Shown here one piece after another: positions 25,201-38,462 of a stretch of 64,000 nt of DNA; position 1 is the first letter of the stretch, and each line of letters opens with the position of its first letter. The notes beneath the pieces were generated by a model. That model made no database searches and was not told the origin of the DNA. It saw nothing but the letters and a program-made list of their open reading frames with translations. This stretch comes from Podarcis melisellensis (taxonomy: Eukaryota), in assembly GCA_964234715.1 (NCBI GenBank), contig OZ174280.1. One strand, given 5' to 3'. The position numbers and the translations under genes were made by a program.

Positions 25201-28200
25201 GAATCTCATTGTATTAATTAGATACTAAGTGATACTTCACGTATTTATATTCCCATTAGGCTACATTCTTATCTCTGTTAATTAGTGTTGTAAATTTGGA
25301 TTGATTCTCATACCCTCTTGAAAGTCGTTTAGGATTTACTTTGGTATAATAGAGTTTTGGGTTCTGGCTCCAGAATATGTTCTGAGGTTTCACAAAATAG
25401 CCTAGTTTACGGCGTTGAACTTCAGATTTCAGTTTGGATTCAGCACTTTACCAGTGCACAATTGTACCCCAAGTCAATGGCAGGAGTTAACGAGTGCATC
25501 ATATGCCTTTAACATATTTTTGCTAATTATTATTTTGCAATCCGCTTCCTGGAGAGAGGTCCGCAGTACCTTAGCAAATACACTTCTTTCCTCTGGATCC
25601 CTAGGGTTCCAGAAAAGTTGGAGTCTCCAGGAATTGGGCATGATCCTAGGAGGGTTTGTTAAGGCAAATGTTTTGTCCAGGTAGCTCTGTTTAGATGTTC
25701 ATTGAGCATGCTAATGACATTTATGGAACACTGCTTACACTGCATTTGTGTTGCACAGGCATCTACAGACACATTCCATGGGGTTCTTCAGACAAACGTG
25801 TCCTCATTAGTGTGGAAGTTTCCAGCTGGAGTGGATATAAACGTATCCCTGTGTGACAGATATCTATAACTCTCCTTTTAAAAACCCTCTTTATTCTTTG
25901 GCTTCTAAAATAAATTGTCCTGACTGCTCCCCACAGACTAGTTGCCGCAGTGTTTCCTCTCAGCAGGGGGAACTGGCAGAAAGGTCCGCAGCAGCACCTG
26001 GATCATGCAGAACATTTTTTTTTTCTGCTGAGCAAAACCACTTGGTTGTTGCAGTTCCCTTCCCTCTGTTCATTTTGGGGAACTCCAGAATGCATTATCT
26101 CCTGTATCCCTAGAGTTACTTGCAATCTTTGTCCTCAAGTTTGAGTCTACAAATGATACTTATTTCTGTTTGAGTCACTTTTATTCTTTATTACAGCTAT
26201 TTCAAAGTTTAGCCTGTTGCAGAAGAATATTTCTGGACCTTGCTTTCCACATAATATGGAACATAATTCTTTCTCTCTCTTTAGTTTGAAGAATCATATT
26301 TCCAGAGCCTCTTTTTGGCTCTTTGGTTCTTTCTAGCAGTTTAGTACCAAGTGCCCCTGGAATGAAGCATGTAAACAAATGGCCAATCTAGGAGAGCAGG
26401 ACAGGGAATAAGGCACCATCGACTTCTTCATACTTCATTATTTTCTCACAATTTTGCGTCACAGTAGGGAGTGAACTTCTTGTTTGGGCGGCTTTTGAAA
26501 ATCACTTCAGTAACTTGTAGCTTTGAAACTAATGAATGGAAACATCTGAGAGCAAATCAAAGCACTGTTCTGTTTAAATGCCAAATAGGAATTAATAATA
26601 ATATATCAATTCCTGGTTTTTCTTTTCTTTTAGTATATTATGCAATGAACTCAAGTTTTGCTTTAGCTGTGGCTCCTTCAGCAGAGCACGTGTTGTCCAG
26701 CTGTTTGCATACTAGGGCCTATACTAAGGGAGGGATATGCATTCTAATTATTCCATGTCCAATTTGTAGACATGATGTTTGATTGGTTTTTTTTTAATTT
26801 GTTTTTTTTACTGCTGTATACTGCTATATCTTCAAGCCTTTCCTGTGAAATGTTTTAACTACATTAAATTAGGAGCTAGAAGGAAAACCATGTTGTGAAT
26901 AGCTATTTGGGATTAGGATTACTTTCAAACATAGTGAAAACAGCTATGTTTCTAAAGAGTTTTGTGTGTGCATGTTTGTATGAGGGAGGATACTACAGGT
27001 GAGTTTTAAATGAGTGAAAACTGGATTGTGAATACAGAAAAGATTGTCCTGACAGGTCAGCTTTTGATGTCAGTTATGCCAATTAAAACTCATGGATTTC
27101 AGTAGCATCGTTTCCGATTTGTACTGGATTTCAGATTGTTCCAGATATGTACTGGTTTGTCATACCTCAGATTTCAGTGGAGCCCACAGCCAACCTCTTT
27201 CCTACACCTTTATTTCTGCATTTTGGCTACAGCTTTCCCTTTCTCCCCCTCAGCAAACTGTTGCCGTGACTCCTTGTCATTGTCCGTCTCTTTTAGTTGT
27301 ATTGTTGGAATAAAGAAATGTTTGGGCCGTTAAAGTGGCGGAGAGCTGCGTGTGAGCTGCTCCAGTTCTTCCGGCTGCAGGACCATCTGGCCCTGGCTCG
27401 CATCCGCTGGTCTCCAGCTTCTCTTTCTCTTTATGTTAGCTAGGGCTATCTTGCACACTTGGAATGCCTAATCACCATGGTGAGAGGATGGGCCTTGCTG
27501 CCTGCCCCTTCCCGTCAATTGTCATGCAGAACCGATCGGGACAAGCGTTTTCTTTGCGGCAGTCGCTTGCCCGTCTTTGCCTGGCTCTTGGCAGAAGGAC
27601 GGCTTTTAATTGATCATTTGTGGGGGAGGGCTGGGGTTGTTTGAGCCTCTCAAATGTTTCCCCACACAGTCTCTACCACCCGGCCAGATTTCTCATTTGT
27701 TGGGAAATGTTAGTGATTTAGCTTTTCCTTCGTCTTCCTTTTGGACTCCTGCTTGTTGCTGTTTTATGGGGAACTCTGAGGGCTTGTAACTGTGACTCCA
27801 AGGAGCACTGAGCCTGATATAAATGTTGTGTTTATCTATCCACAACTGGGAAGGGGGCACATATGGGCACTAAATGTTTATTGTCCTTCTTTCCACTGTG
27901 TGTTCATGTTTGTATTTGCATGAACGCTTATGGATTTATTATCTATGGGCAGGGTGAACTCTTAATCTATTTTGCTTCATGAACAAATCCAACCCTTTTC
28001 ACCAATCCTAAAAACATGCCCCCAAATCTGGTGGTTGAATCCTGTAGAGATTTGATTAAATGCTGAACTTGACAGAGTTTTCTGTTAGAAGAAGATTTTT
28101 AAAATATATATACAGTGTATAGAAAGAAAAATTCTTTCGGGGATTACGGCGCACTGGAAGTGAGGGATAACCTGTGCTGATTTTTGAGGCTTGTGCTTTT

Positions 28201-28699
28201 TTGTGTAATCTTTAATGCCACAGTTTCTTTTAAGTATAAAAGAAGAACTGATGACCTCGAGCGCTGGTCAGCCGAGTCAGCCCTGCAGTTAGGCAAAGTG
28301 GGCGACTTGCCTCAGACAGCAGTTTTTTGAGTACAGTGCAGCAAACTTCTCAGTTGATGGTGAGGAGAGGGAATTGTTTTGATTTTTTGCCTCAGGTAGC
28401 AAATTGTATTGGGGTGATGGGATGGTTTTCTTTATTTTTAAAATATTATTTCAAACTGCAGATTTTGTCATAGGCTATGATTGTGCCATTTGCCCCTGAA
28501 ATTTAAGAGCATTCAAACAGGTATTTATACCAATAAACAAATATTTGGCTGCAGTACAGAATATATGTTTGTATCTACTCTTAGCTACTGCTATTAAAAT
28601 AAAATGAGCAAGTGAATGACATGGAAACCGTTCATATTGGAAAACTCTTTCTGCTTTGTAATGTACTAATATTTTTATTTAGTAGCATGTACATTTTGC

Positions 28700-28780
28700 A
28701 GCACAGTCCTATTCAGAAGTAAGCCCCATTGGCTCCAGTGGGCCTTACTCCCAAATTAAGCCAGTATAGGATTGCAGCCT
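28700..28780. mobile_element. Short palindromic MITE (CAATCCTA...TAGGATTG family); related copies near 29835-29905 and 48545-48630
   Basis: Internal inverted repeat AGTAAGCCCCATTGG...CCAGTGGGCCTTACT. Ends CAGTCCTAT / ATAGGATTG. Confidence 0.55.
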
Positions 28781-31062
28781 CTGTCACCTTAAGCAAACAT
28801 CTATGGTAATTACAAGGATTTCTCTCAATTCATTTATCCCTAAAGACTATTGGTAAATGTAATACTATAAAATCTGTGTAAAAGTTAGTTAGAATAAATA
28901 AAACAGAGATCCTTTTGAGAAAATCAGTTAACAGTGTAGTAAATGCACACTTGTTACTTAATCGTTGCAGGGTGACTAGGTACCTTTCCTCAAGGAAGCA
29001 TTTCTGTTGCGGGGATACCACATTTTGCCAGCATTTAAATGCAGTTTTGTTACAGGGAAAGCGCCCTGCTCTCCTCATGTAGTGTATCTACGGCAATGGT
29101 GAATTTTATGTGAAATGGGATTGCGGGATTGCTTGATACTTATTGGGCAGAGCTGATGACATTCTTAGTGGTGAGTGTCGCAGTTTCCAGACCCATTTGA
29201 AAACATAAACAAAGAACAGCAGAACTATACTTGCATCATCTCTTAAGTGAACACAAAATATAATGTTACTGGTAGTGGATTAGATGTAGTTGTTGTATCA
29301 TTATGGATTCACATTATAAAAAATCTGTAAAGACTCAGATAGCTAGCAGAGCACTATTCTATCCATAAATGAGGGGTTGTTTGCATATTATGGTTGCCGC
29401 ATAGATACCACTTTGAAATGCTCTGCATAGTGAACTATTTGTGTGCAGTGGCTTGTCAGGTGGGTTTGGTGAATTTTAGTACCACAAGCATCTGAGTTCT
29501 GCTCATAGTGAGCCATGGATAGTCCACTCTTTGGTAATAGCTGCCATTCAGTAATAAGAAAACAATAATGGTACGGTTTCTTAATATAGCAACCCCTTTC
29601 TATATTCTATTAACAAAATAGAATGTACAATGTGAACATTGCCTTGGGTGCCCCATGGCAGGGTATAATTTATAAATATTAGCAATAACAAATAAATAAC
29701 AGATGTATGCAGAAGACTTAAGTTAAATAGTTGTCTCCCGATGGCTGGCTATCCCTGCTCTGCACACATAGTGCAAGGAAGTGTGAGAAAATAAAGAGAT
29801 GAAGCAACATTTTATTTAGGAAGACTGCTAATGCCACAATCCTGTGCACACCTACTTGGGAGTAAGAGCTACATTGGTATATATGTACAGGATCATGCTG
29901 TAAGGTTTTTTGAGACAAAAGGTGTAAATCTATTATTTTTCTTTTAATGTTCCTGTGGAAAGCAGGTGTGTTTTTTTTTAACCTCAAATTTCGCAATCTT
30001 TTGTCTACTGCCATGTTTGTACGTATCATAGCTAATGAATGAACTTTGCCCTCACCATATTATTCAGAAGAGAAAAGTCACTTGAAGGTTTTACAACTGG
30101 ATTTTTTGTTGTTGAAAACCCTGGTGACATCATTTCTACAGTGTGAAATTACATCATTACAGTTGTGTACTTACTGTGAAAGAAAAGTGTGTGTCAGATG
30201 GATCTGCCCTGGATGTTAAGTTTAACTAATCACTGTAACACATGTAATTCACAGAGATTTCAGTCGATGAACATCTTACTCTGGCGTATTCATATAGACT
30301 GCAATAGAACTTCATTGAGAATATGCTGGTGTAAGTAGTTTGTGGATTGTTATAATTACATATTTCAAGTTAACAGCAAGTTCGGTTCTCCTCCTCCTTC
30401 TGAATACTGAAGTATTTACCGTGCTAATGCTGTGGGCTAGTGTTGATAGCTGCTGCTTCATGAGCTGAAAACTTTACTCAACAAGAGTTTAATGATGTTA
30501 ATTTGGCATTTTTATCAGATCTGTTAAAATGAAGAAACAGTTTGCAGCCTCCGTGCCTCAAGCCTTGTAGTCACTGAAATGTTTCTGTGGCAGGATCCAG
30601 CTACATTTTGAATTTTGACAAATGCTGATGGCTTGTGTGGAATGCAAACAGTGATTTAGATAACATTTGCTTTTATACTGGACCTGCAGCAGTGCCTATA
30701 AGCTGAAGCTGGGGAAAGGCCCAGGGCATTTGGGACATGATGTGACAAGGACTAAGTATGCTTCTGCAAGAGGTGTGCATATATGTGATAACGATGTACA
30801 CATTGACCCATATGAGGCACATTAAAATATTTAGAATGCTAATGTTTTTAGAAATGCCCTTCTCACCATTTTCTACTGCAGTAGAAGATCCCACCCTCAG
30901 AAGACCTCTGATGTGATGTTTATTCATGGCAAAAAAGCCAAGTGGCAGCTGTTGATGCACTGTGTTAACAAGCATGACAATTTGCAGGAAAAATGCATGC
31001 ATACCAGATAATTTGCATTAAATAGTTACATTTCTAGGCACCCAATCTTTTGAATTAAAAAT

Positions 31063-31380
31063 GGGTGGTATTCAAGTAGGTTTTACTCAGAGTAGACCCA
31101 CTGAAATTAATGTGGCTAAATGTGGAATGCCCTCCCATCAGATGCCAAGGAAATAAACAACTATCTGACTTTTAGAAGACCTCTGAAGGCAGCCCTGCTT
31201 AGGGAAGTTTTTAATGACTGATGTTTTAATGTATTTTTAATATTTTGTTGGAAGCCACCGAGAGTGGCTGGGGAAACCCAGCCAGATAGGCAGGGTATAA
31301 ATAAATCGTTATTATTAATTTTATTAAATTAGGTCAATTAATTTCAAAAGGTCTCCTGAATAAAAGTTAGTTGAATAATA
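31063..31380. mobile_element. Palindromic MITE (TACTCAGAGTAGAC family) interrupted by an L2 fragment
   Basis: Left arm TATTCAA...TACTCAGAGTAGACCCACTGAAATTAAT and right arm ATTAATTTCAAAAGGTCT...TTGAATA flank the L2 piece. An uninterrupted relative lies at 61792-61910. Confidence 0.65.
31121..31318 (+). mobile_element. L2 LINE 3' fragment
   Basis: Aligns by eye with 10859-11040 (AAATAAACAAC...TTTTAGAAGAC.TCTGAAGGCAGCCCTG...GAGTGGCTGG.GAAACCCAGCCAGAT). Confidence 0.82.
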
Positions 31381-34049
31381 GCTGGTGGATTTCAACATCA
31401 CAGGTAATATGAACTATATTTGCAAATCTGTTTTTAAAAGCCAAAACAAAAGCCTGTTTTCCATGCCATTTTGAATGTGTTGTTAAAGGTTTTCTGCTGG
31501 GCATTATGTAATGGTCTTCTATAGTTTAGGCTGCTCCCATTTACTAACCTGCCATGGCCTTTTCCTGCTCCCTTTTATAGGAGCTGATAAGAGTCTAGAA
31601 CCAAATAAAGCAGACGTGCTTGTGGCCTCTGATGAGCTTTAATTCCTCAAAGTAAGGAGATGCAGAGGCCATGTTCCTGATGATTGATAGTTTGTGAGGA
31701 TGGCAAGGACTGGATAATTTATTTGATATTGTGCTGCATCTTCTCCTTTCTTCTGTCACAGAAGCACACAGCTGGTTACTGAGATGGGACACTTCCATCT
31801 ATGGGGCAGGAAGAAGCATTGGCAGTAGTGATGTTGTGTATAGGTGAACTATTTACCTATCTTTTTACTGCGGTTTCCTCCTGTTACTGCTGGGCAGGAA
31901 GACAACCTGTAGCTGTGTGCTTGAGATGGAAGCTACACAACCTCTTCTTGTCTCAAGGCTTTGAGGTGCTTCATTTTCCAGTAGGAGATGACTGGCAATG
32001 CAGCAAATGGCAGGAGCAGAGTAGCCAGCCAGGAACTGTAGCATATACTACTCGATATTCTAGAACCACACATTTTTAATGCGTGTTTGTCTTTTCCCTT
32101 ATTCTCATTCCATTTGACTATATAGATATAGAAGTACTAGATTTTATTGGTGCCAAAGTCAGGTTGTGCACAACCCAGTATGTCAGATGACCAGATGAGG
32201 TAACAACCCTTCCATTTGCAAGGGGAAATGACAAGGTACAACTCGTTGGTTAAAACTTATATCTCATCTACATCAGATTTGGTCATTGCCTGTTAGAGCA
32301 GATAAACATTTATGAATGATAAATATGATTTCTGTTTTTTATTGCTTCAGTATCTTCATTTGTTAGCACCTTTCCCCTTCATTTAAATATATTCCATTTT
32401 TAGTCTGAAATTTGTGAAAATGCTATTTTCTCTTGCCTCACCTGAGCCCCTATGCAGCTCTGTGGAATGGTCATTTCCTTCTTATTTATGCTTCTAAGTT
32501 GCATAGAAGGATCAAGACTAGTATTGTTTTGACCGCTTATGCTCTGTTTGGCTTTGTCCAGGCTTTCCAGGATAGTGTAAGGGTATCCTCTCAAGTTTTC
32601 ATTTCTGTTTTGAAAGATAAAGCTGAAGGCCCCTTTTTTGTTTACCAGTCACTGTACAAAGCAGATGCTGACAGTGATAATAATGTTTACTTGCATTTGT
32701 TATAACTAGGACTGGAAATACTTTGCATACATCAGTCTTTTATAAAACTTCCACCCTGCACGGAGCTGGTTTTATTTTCTATTTTTAAAAATATTTCAAT
32801 GTGCTGGTATCGAACTTTCTAGGTACCCAGGCAACAGGTTCCTGAGATTTGTCCAGCCCTGCTCACAACTCAAAGGAAGCAGCAAAAACAGGCAGACTGT
32901 GGTATTTCTTTATACTTTACATGATTTCTGCAGATTTAATGGCTGTTGGATGATTTCATGGCTTAACATGAAGTTCCCTGGACATAGCACTGTACTAGAT
33001 GGTCCACTGATCTGCTCCCATTTATACGGAAGAAAGAAAGCAGTTGTGTTTTGCCTCGTTGCAGAAATTGTCTGATTAAGTACAGTACAGAATGTGGAAA
33101 CTCAAAAGCACTTTGCTTTCTAAGAAACTAGCCAATTAGGCTATAGCTAAAATTGATTCCTGTTTGGAAAGAGTAGATTAATTTATCAAATGGTAGAGTC
33201 ATTTCAAGTTTGGGGTTGGAAGTGAAAGACGTTACTATGGTTTTACAAGTTAGATGATCCACAAAGGCTGTAGTAGTTATGGAGTTTTGAATGCAGGGGG
33301 GAAAAACTGAAACAAAGGAAGCAGACGCAAGAGACATTTTTGCTGGGGTAATGCTGGAAGCTGTGAGGAATCCACTGCATTCCTGGAGGCAAAGCGAAGA
33401 ATCCAGTTTCCTTCCTATACCATAAAATCTCTTTTTCGCCTTTAAAAGAAAACCTTGAAACAACAAGACTGGCTGCCTTAGCTTCCTTCCTGACACACCC
33501 AACCATGTGATGCTTCTGTATATTCTTGCTTTAATCATGGCTGACTGATTAACAGACCAAATTGAACCTGATCAAAAGGTGAAATAGGCAGTTAACCCTT
33601 CTGTCTAATTTAAGTGGCTTACTTTCTGCTTTGCTTGCCTTTAGCCCTTCATTCCCTAACATGTAGCACAACCCATGCCTCTGTTCGGAAGAAATTCCTG
33701 TTTATACCCTCTGCACCTGAGAGTCAGTAAGAAGTGGCTTCTATAGATTTGGTTTGTGCTCTTTGTTTGGGTTCAGTTTTTCTTTTTCTTCTTAATACTC
33801 TAACTAGCAAAGGATTTTAATACTATCTCCTTCTCTTCTTTGTACGTGATACATTTTAGGTCCCGATAAAAAAGCAACAGCCCCTTGCATAGAAACCTGT
33901 TGTCGTGGTGCTCAATTTTCCCTGCAACAGCAGCATAAGAATTCTCTCTTCCAGCTCTTTCAGCCAAACAACACATCTCCTCAAACCAAGGATTATTACA
34001 TGGGATGAATGCAGTTGTTCTCAACACGCAAGCATAAACACCTATTTAA

Positions 34050-34190
34050 TAGAAACAGTCATAGAGTTGGAAAGGATCCTAAGGATCATCTAGTCCAGCC
34101 CCCAGCAATGCAGGCATATGCAGCTGTTCCTTAATGGGGAATCAAACCTTTGATCTTGGGTTTCTCAAGCTGCATCTTTGTGGTTCCATA
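34050..34190 (-). mobile_element. tRNA-derived SINE with CR1-type tail
   Basis: TAGAGTTGGAAAGGATCCTAAGGATCATCTAGTCCAGCCCCCAGCAATGCAGG is the reverse complement of the tail of the 1485 SINE. Confidence 0.65.
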
Positions 34191-36649
34191 CAATTGTTTA
34201 TATGTGGATAGATATGTTTTGCTGGGTGGGATGGTGAGTGGTGGATATGTGTGACTGGATAGATGAAGTGGTGTGTGTATTTGTGTGTGAAAGAGAGGGG
34301 AGTGTGTGAGAGTTGACTCTGGCCCTGCCCACCATTGGCATTCTCCCAAAAGTTTACTCTCAAGGAAATGCAGACATTGGTGGGGGGGAAAATGTTCCCC
34401 AGTCCTGATCTAATGCTTCACTTCAATTCTATCTCCTTTTCTCTCTATCTGGCCAAAGCAGACATGATGTAGAAGATCCACCATGGGATTGCCATGGGAA
34501 TTTTGGTGTGAGTTAATTTTAAAGCAGCTATAGTGTTGATCACAGTAGTAGTGTTTGGTAGGAGGAGATGTTCAGCCTTTTCCCTCCATGCAGTTTTTCT
34601 GATCTAAACTCCCTCCACTTGTCCCTTACTACCACCAGTATAGGGAAAAAATATAGGTACAGTATATGCACCTTTATAATAGGTTATGTAAATTAGGGAA
34701 ATGGTATAGAGAAAAAAGGTTTTTTAAAACAACAAAAAACCTTTGCTGCTATCACAGCTCCAATAAATATCAGGACACTGACACACACACTTTAAAATAA
34801 ACAAAAATCTTGGGAGATCTACTTGTAGATCTCCTGTGACACATCTATTCTGGCCCTAAGCTAGCTTTGCTAGCTGTGATACTTCATCTTTTCTTGGTGA
34901 AAAATGATAAAACTTTGATCCTTCATGAAATTTGGGAAATATGCAAGTTTGGGTATCTTACAATAATTGGCAAGGCCTTTCCCCCAACAGTGTCAATTAT
35001 GCAAGTATCTCCTCCTGTTAAAATAAATTATTTCCTCCTTCCTTTTTTTTGTATTGTGCAGGTCATAATTTCATAGATCAGAGTTGGGAATTACTCTTTC
35101 ATTCTTAAAAATTACCTTTGTGGACCACATGATGGAGCAGGAAACCCTTCTGGTCATGACCCAAAACAGCACTATACAGGTGCACATTTATTGTTTTTGT
35201 GGATTGAAACCTGGTGGTGTTGATCATTACATTTTAGTATTCATCATTACTGACTACCTTTAACTTTAGCTATCCAAGCAGTAACAAAGTTCCCTTATTT
35301 TTTTGAGTGGTGTCCAGTAATGCCTCACCTGTATCATGAGAACTTGAATGATGACAGCAAGAGTCAGGGCTGAAGAATTTAGGAACAAGGAAGCAGCCTT
35401 ATACTGTACTAGATAAAATTGTCCATCTACCCCAATACTCTCTTCTGGCTGGCAGCATCTTTCAGGCAGGAGTCTTTCACATTCCCTGTTTCCCTGATCT
35501 TATAGATGTGGCTGTTGAAACTGTTTCTGCTGTGAATTCTCCAAAGCTCTCTGGGGGTCTAAAGCCTCTTCTAAGTTCTCAGCAGCTGGCAAAATATTTA
35601 TTTTTGGGTACGTACAAATATCCTAATTTGAGGCAGTGTAGGATGTTCAGAGCGAGGTGGAAATGTTTTCACTTAACTGTTTGATGTTGCAAGATATTTC
35701 ATTCTCCATCACGCCAGCATGTGGGTGTCTAACATTCTGGGCTTGTACAATTTTCTTACTGTGATCAACCCTGTAGTTTGACAATGATTTTTCCAACAGG
35801 TAAGTCACAAGAGGCTTAGCAGTTTCTTTCTCTTCAGGAGGGACACTATTGCTTTGTGATTTTCCTGGAGTCTGTGAAATGTGTCTACAATGTCCAATGG
35901 TGAGTGGAGCATTCAGAAGGATGTATGATTAAAAAAAAAATCCATGGAAGCAGGGACTTTGATAAATCTGCAAGCAAGTTTTCTAAGATTCAAACTTCTC
36001 TTCTGTCATGATAAATAATCTCAAAGGCACAAAACATGTTTCCAGATAGCACTGGTTGTCTGTCTGAAAAGGGGTATATAGATAAGATTTAGCAGAGCAC
36101 AGATTATTGTACTTAACACCTACTTTCAATAAAATATTGGGTAACTTTCTTTCTCTTCTAAGTGAATGTCTGTGTGTCTGTTTTTTTCCTGATTTCTATG
36201 TGCAAATTATATATAGTTTGCCACTAAATATTGTAAAACATTTTCCTGGTTCTGAAATGCATATTTTAAAATGATAAAAAGGCAACTGGGAGGTGGTGGG
36301 ATAGAATCTCAAGCACCTAATAGGCTTATCCCTAACACATAGGTGGGCTTTGCTATACCTAAACCACTGCTTTCTGACCCTTATTCAGCTTACTCTTGCA
36401 GCCATCAAAGAAAGGAGACTCTATAATTTCCTTGTGTTACTTTTTTATCCCTTATCTGTTACAGGAAATGTTTCCTAATATCTTATCTACTTGATCTAAA
36501 TTCCTCATCACCACCGGTAGAGTTTTGGAATCACCTGTTGGTATTGGCCTGTAGCCTAGGAACCACACATTTGTAGCTATTTTTCTTTATTTTCTTCTAG
36601 GTTTGTATCTTGCCTTATCGCTGAGGTCTCAAGCTGGCAAACAAAAGCA

Positions 36650-37600
36650 AATATTAAAAACAACCAGGAGAAATAACAATAAAAACAGATGCCATCAAAA
36701 GGACAAAAGGACTCTTGAGATTGTGCTGGGCACCTAAAAGAGTATAATGCCAGCAGTTGATGAACACAATATGAGAAAAAGGTTGAAATTTTGAGTCCCA
36801 TCCCAGAAAAGACCCTGTCTCATTTCTGGTAGCTGTGGACTGAACTTCATGTGGCAGAAGCACTTGGACGGACAGGCTTATATAGGAGAAGATAGTCCTT
36901 CAGCTACTCAGATTCTAGGCTGATCAAGGCTTTAAATGCCCAAACCATCATGTTGAATAGTAGACACTAGCATAGTACTTTACTTTACTTTACTTCACTT
37001 CACTTAGCATAGGTAGTGTCCTTCATCTGTTAGGATCACAGTTTGGTATACAAAATTCATTTTAAAATGACAATGAACCTAATCTTAAAAATAAACCAAT
37101 GACTGCAACCAAATGGTTAAAACAACAATCCAGTGACTATATTTCTGCAGCAAACCGAACATTTCAGTTTCAGCTAGTATCATCAAACAGCTCAACTCAA
37201 TATCCTTCCATGTTCATCCCAGCCTAGATGCAAAGGTAAGTTTCAAGGCAATGATGGAGCCTCACAAACAAAATATGCCATACGTGCCTCCAAGGAGTTG
37301 CATGTTCATAGTGAATGTTGCCAGTTAACAATTTGGCCTTCACATTTTGATCCTGGTGTAATTTCTGTACTGTCTTCAAAGTCAGCTCCATGTGCAATTC
37401 ATTACAGTAATCTATCTTGGCTATAACTAGGCCATGGATTACTGTATCTAGATATTTTTTCTTCAGAGAGAGATGTAGGCTGTATGCTACGCTGACACTG
37501 GTAAAAGACTCAGCAAGCTATCATTGTGAGCACCCACTAATAAAGTTAGATTAAACAGAACTCCAGACTGGGCCTCAATACATTTCAGTTTTTAAGACTT
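36650..37600 (-). mobile_element. Old L2 LINE remnant (interrupted)
   Basis: The - strand near 37380-37450 translates LDTVIHGLVIAKIDYCNELHMEL, the L2 SRLDYCN motif. Further L2-like sequence lies at 36870-36960. Confidence 0.65.
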
Positions 37601-38315
37601 GCTAATTGCATTTATATCATTTTCTTCCTTTAAGGTGTTCAGGGTAGTAAAGGAGTGATCCATTCTCTCCCTCTTACTGTCCCACAACAAAGCTGTGAGG
37701 TTGGTTAGGGTGTAAGAGAATGACTGTCTCAGGATCACTCAGGGATCTTCATAACTGATCAAGAAAAGCCTAGGTCTCTACACCGTCTATCAGGAGTTTC
37801 TCATCAGAATCAGTGCATTTTGTCTTGTCACTTGGGCATCAATAACTAATTTTAAAATTTGCATTTGTCATTGATGCCCAAGTGACCAGACAAGAATTCT
37901 TGGTGTGGCTCTTGATGGAAGAAGCAATGTGGCAGCAATACATGCTTTCTTGCAAATAAAATCCCATTGTATGTGGTGCTAGTGAGCAGTGGTTCTATAT
38001 CTTTAGAACTGAACATTGGAGTGCCTACAAAAGTTTCACATAGAATTAGTTCTGGGTATTTTTTCCTGCAAAAGGTAATAATTTTAACGTTTATCTGATC
38101 CTTTTCAGTTTTGCTTTCTTTATATGTGGCTCTCAGTATTGTATAAACTTAGTCACGTCTTAACCTTTTTTCCCCATCTGCGCGTGTGAACTAGACTCAC
38201 CTTGCTCCACAACATAAGCTGTGGTTACAGATAGGTAGCCGTGTTGGTCTGCCATAGTCAAAACAAAAAAAATTCCTTCCAGTAGCACCTTAAAGACCAA
38301 CTAAGTCAGTTCTTG

Positions 38316-38353
38316 GTATGAGCTTTCGTGTGCATGCACACTTCTTCAGATAC
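38316..38353 (-). ncRNA. Mirror copy of the minimal hammerhead motif
   Basis: Exact reverse complement of 38425-38462. Confidence 0.72.
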
Positions 38354-38424
38354 ACTGAAACAGAAGTTTCCAGACCCTTCTATATAGTCACTATATAGAA
38401 GGGTCTGGAAACTTCTGTTTCAGT

Positions 38425-38462
38425 GTATCTGAAGAAGTGTGCATGCACACGAAAGCTCATAC
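38425..38462 (+). ncRNA. Minimal type I hammerhead ribozyme motif (Penelope-associated)
   Basis: Stem I GTAT/ATAC, core CTGAAGA (38429-38435) with one extra A, stem II GTGTG-CATG-CACAC, GAAA (38451-38454), palindromic AGCT stem III. Predicted cleavage after C38458. Confidence 0.72.
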
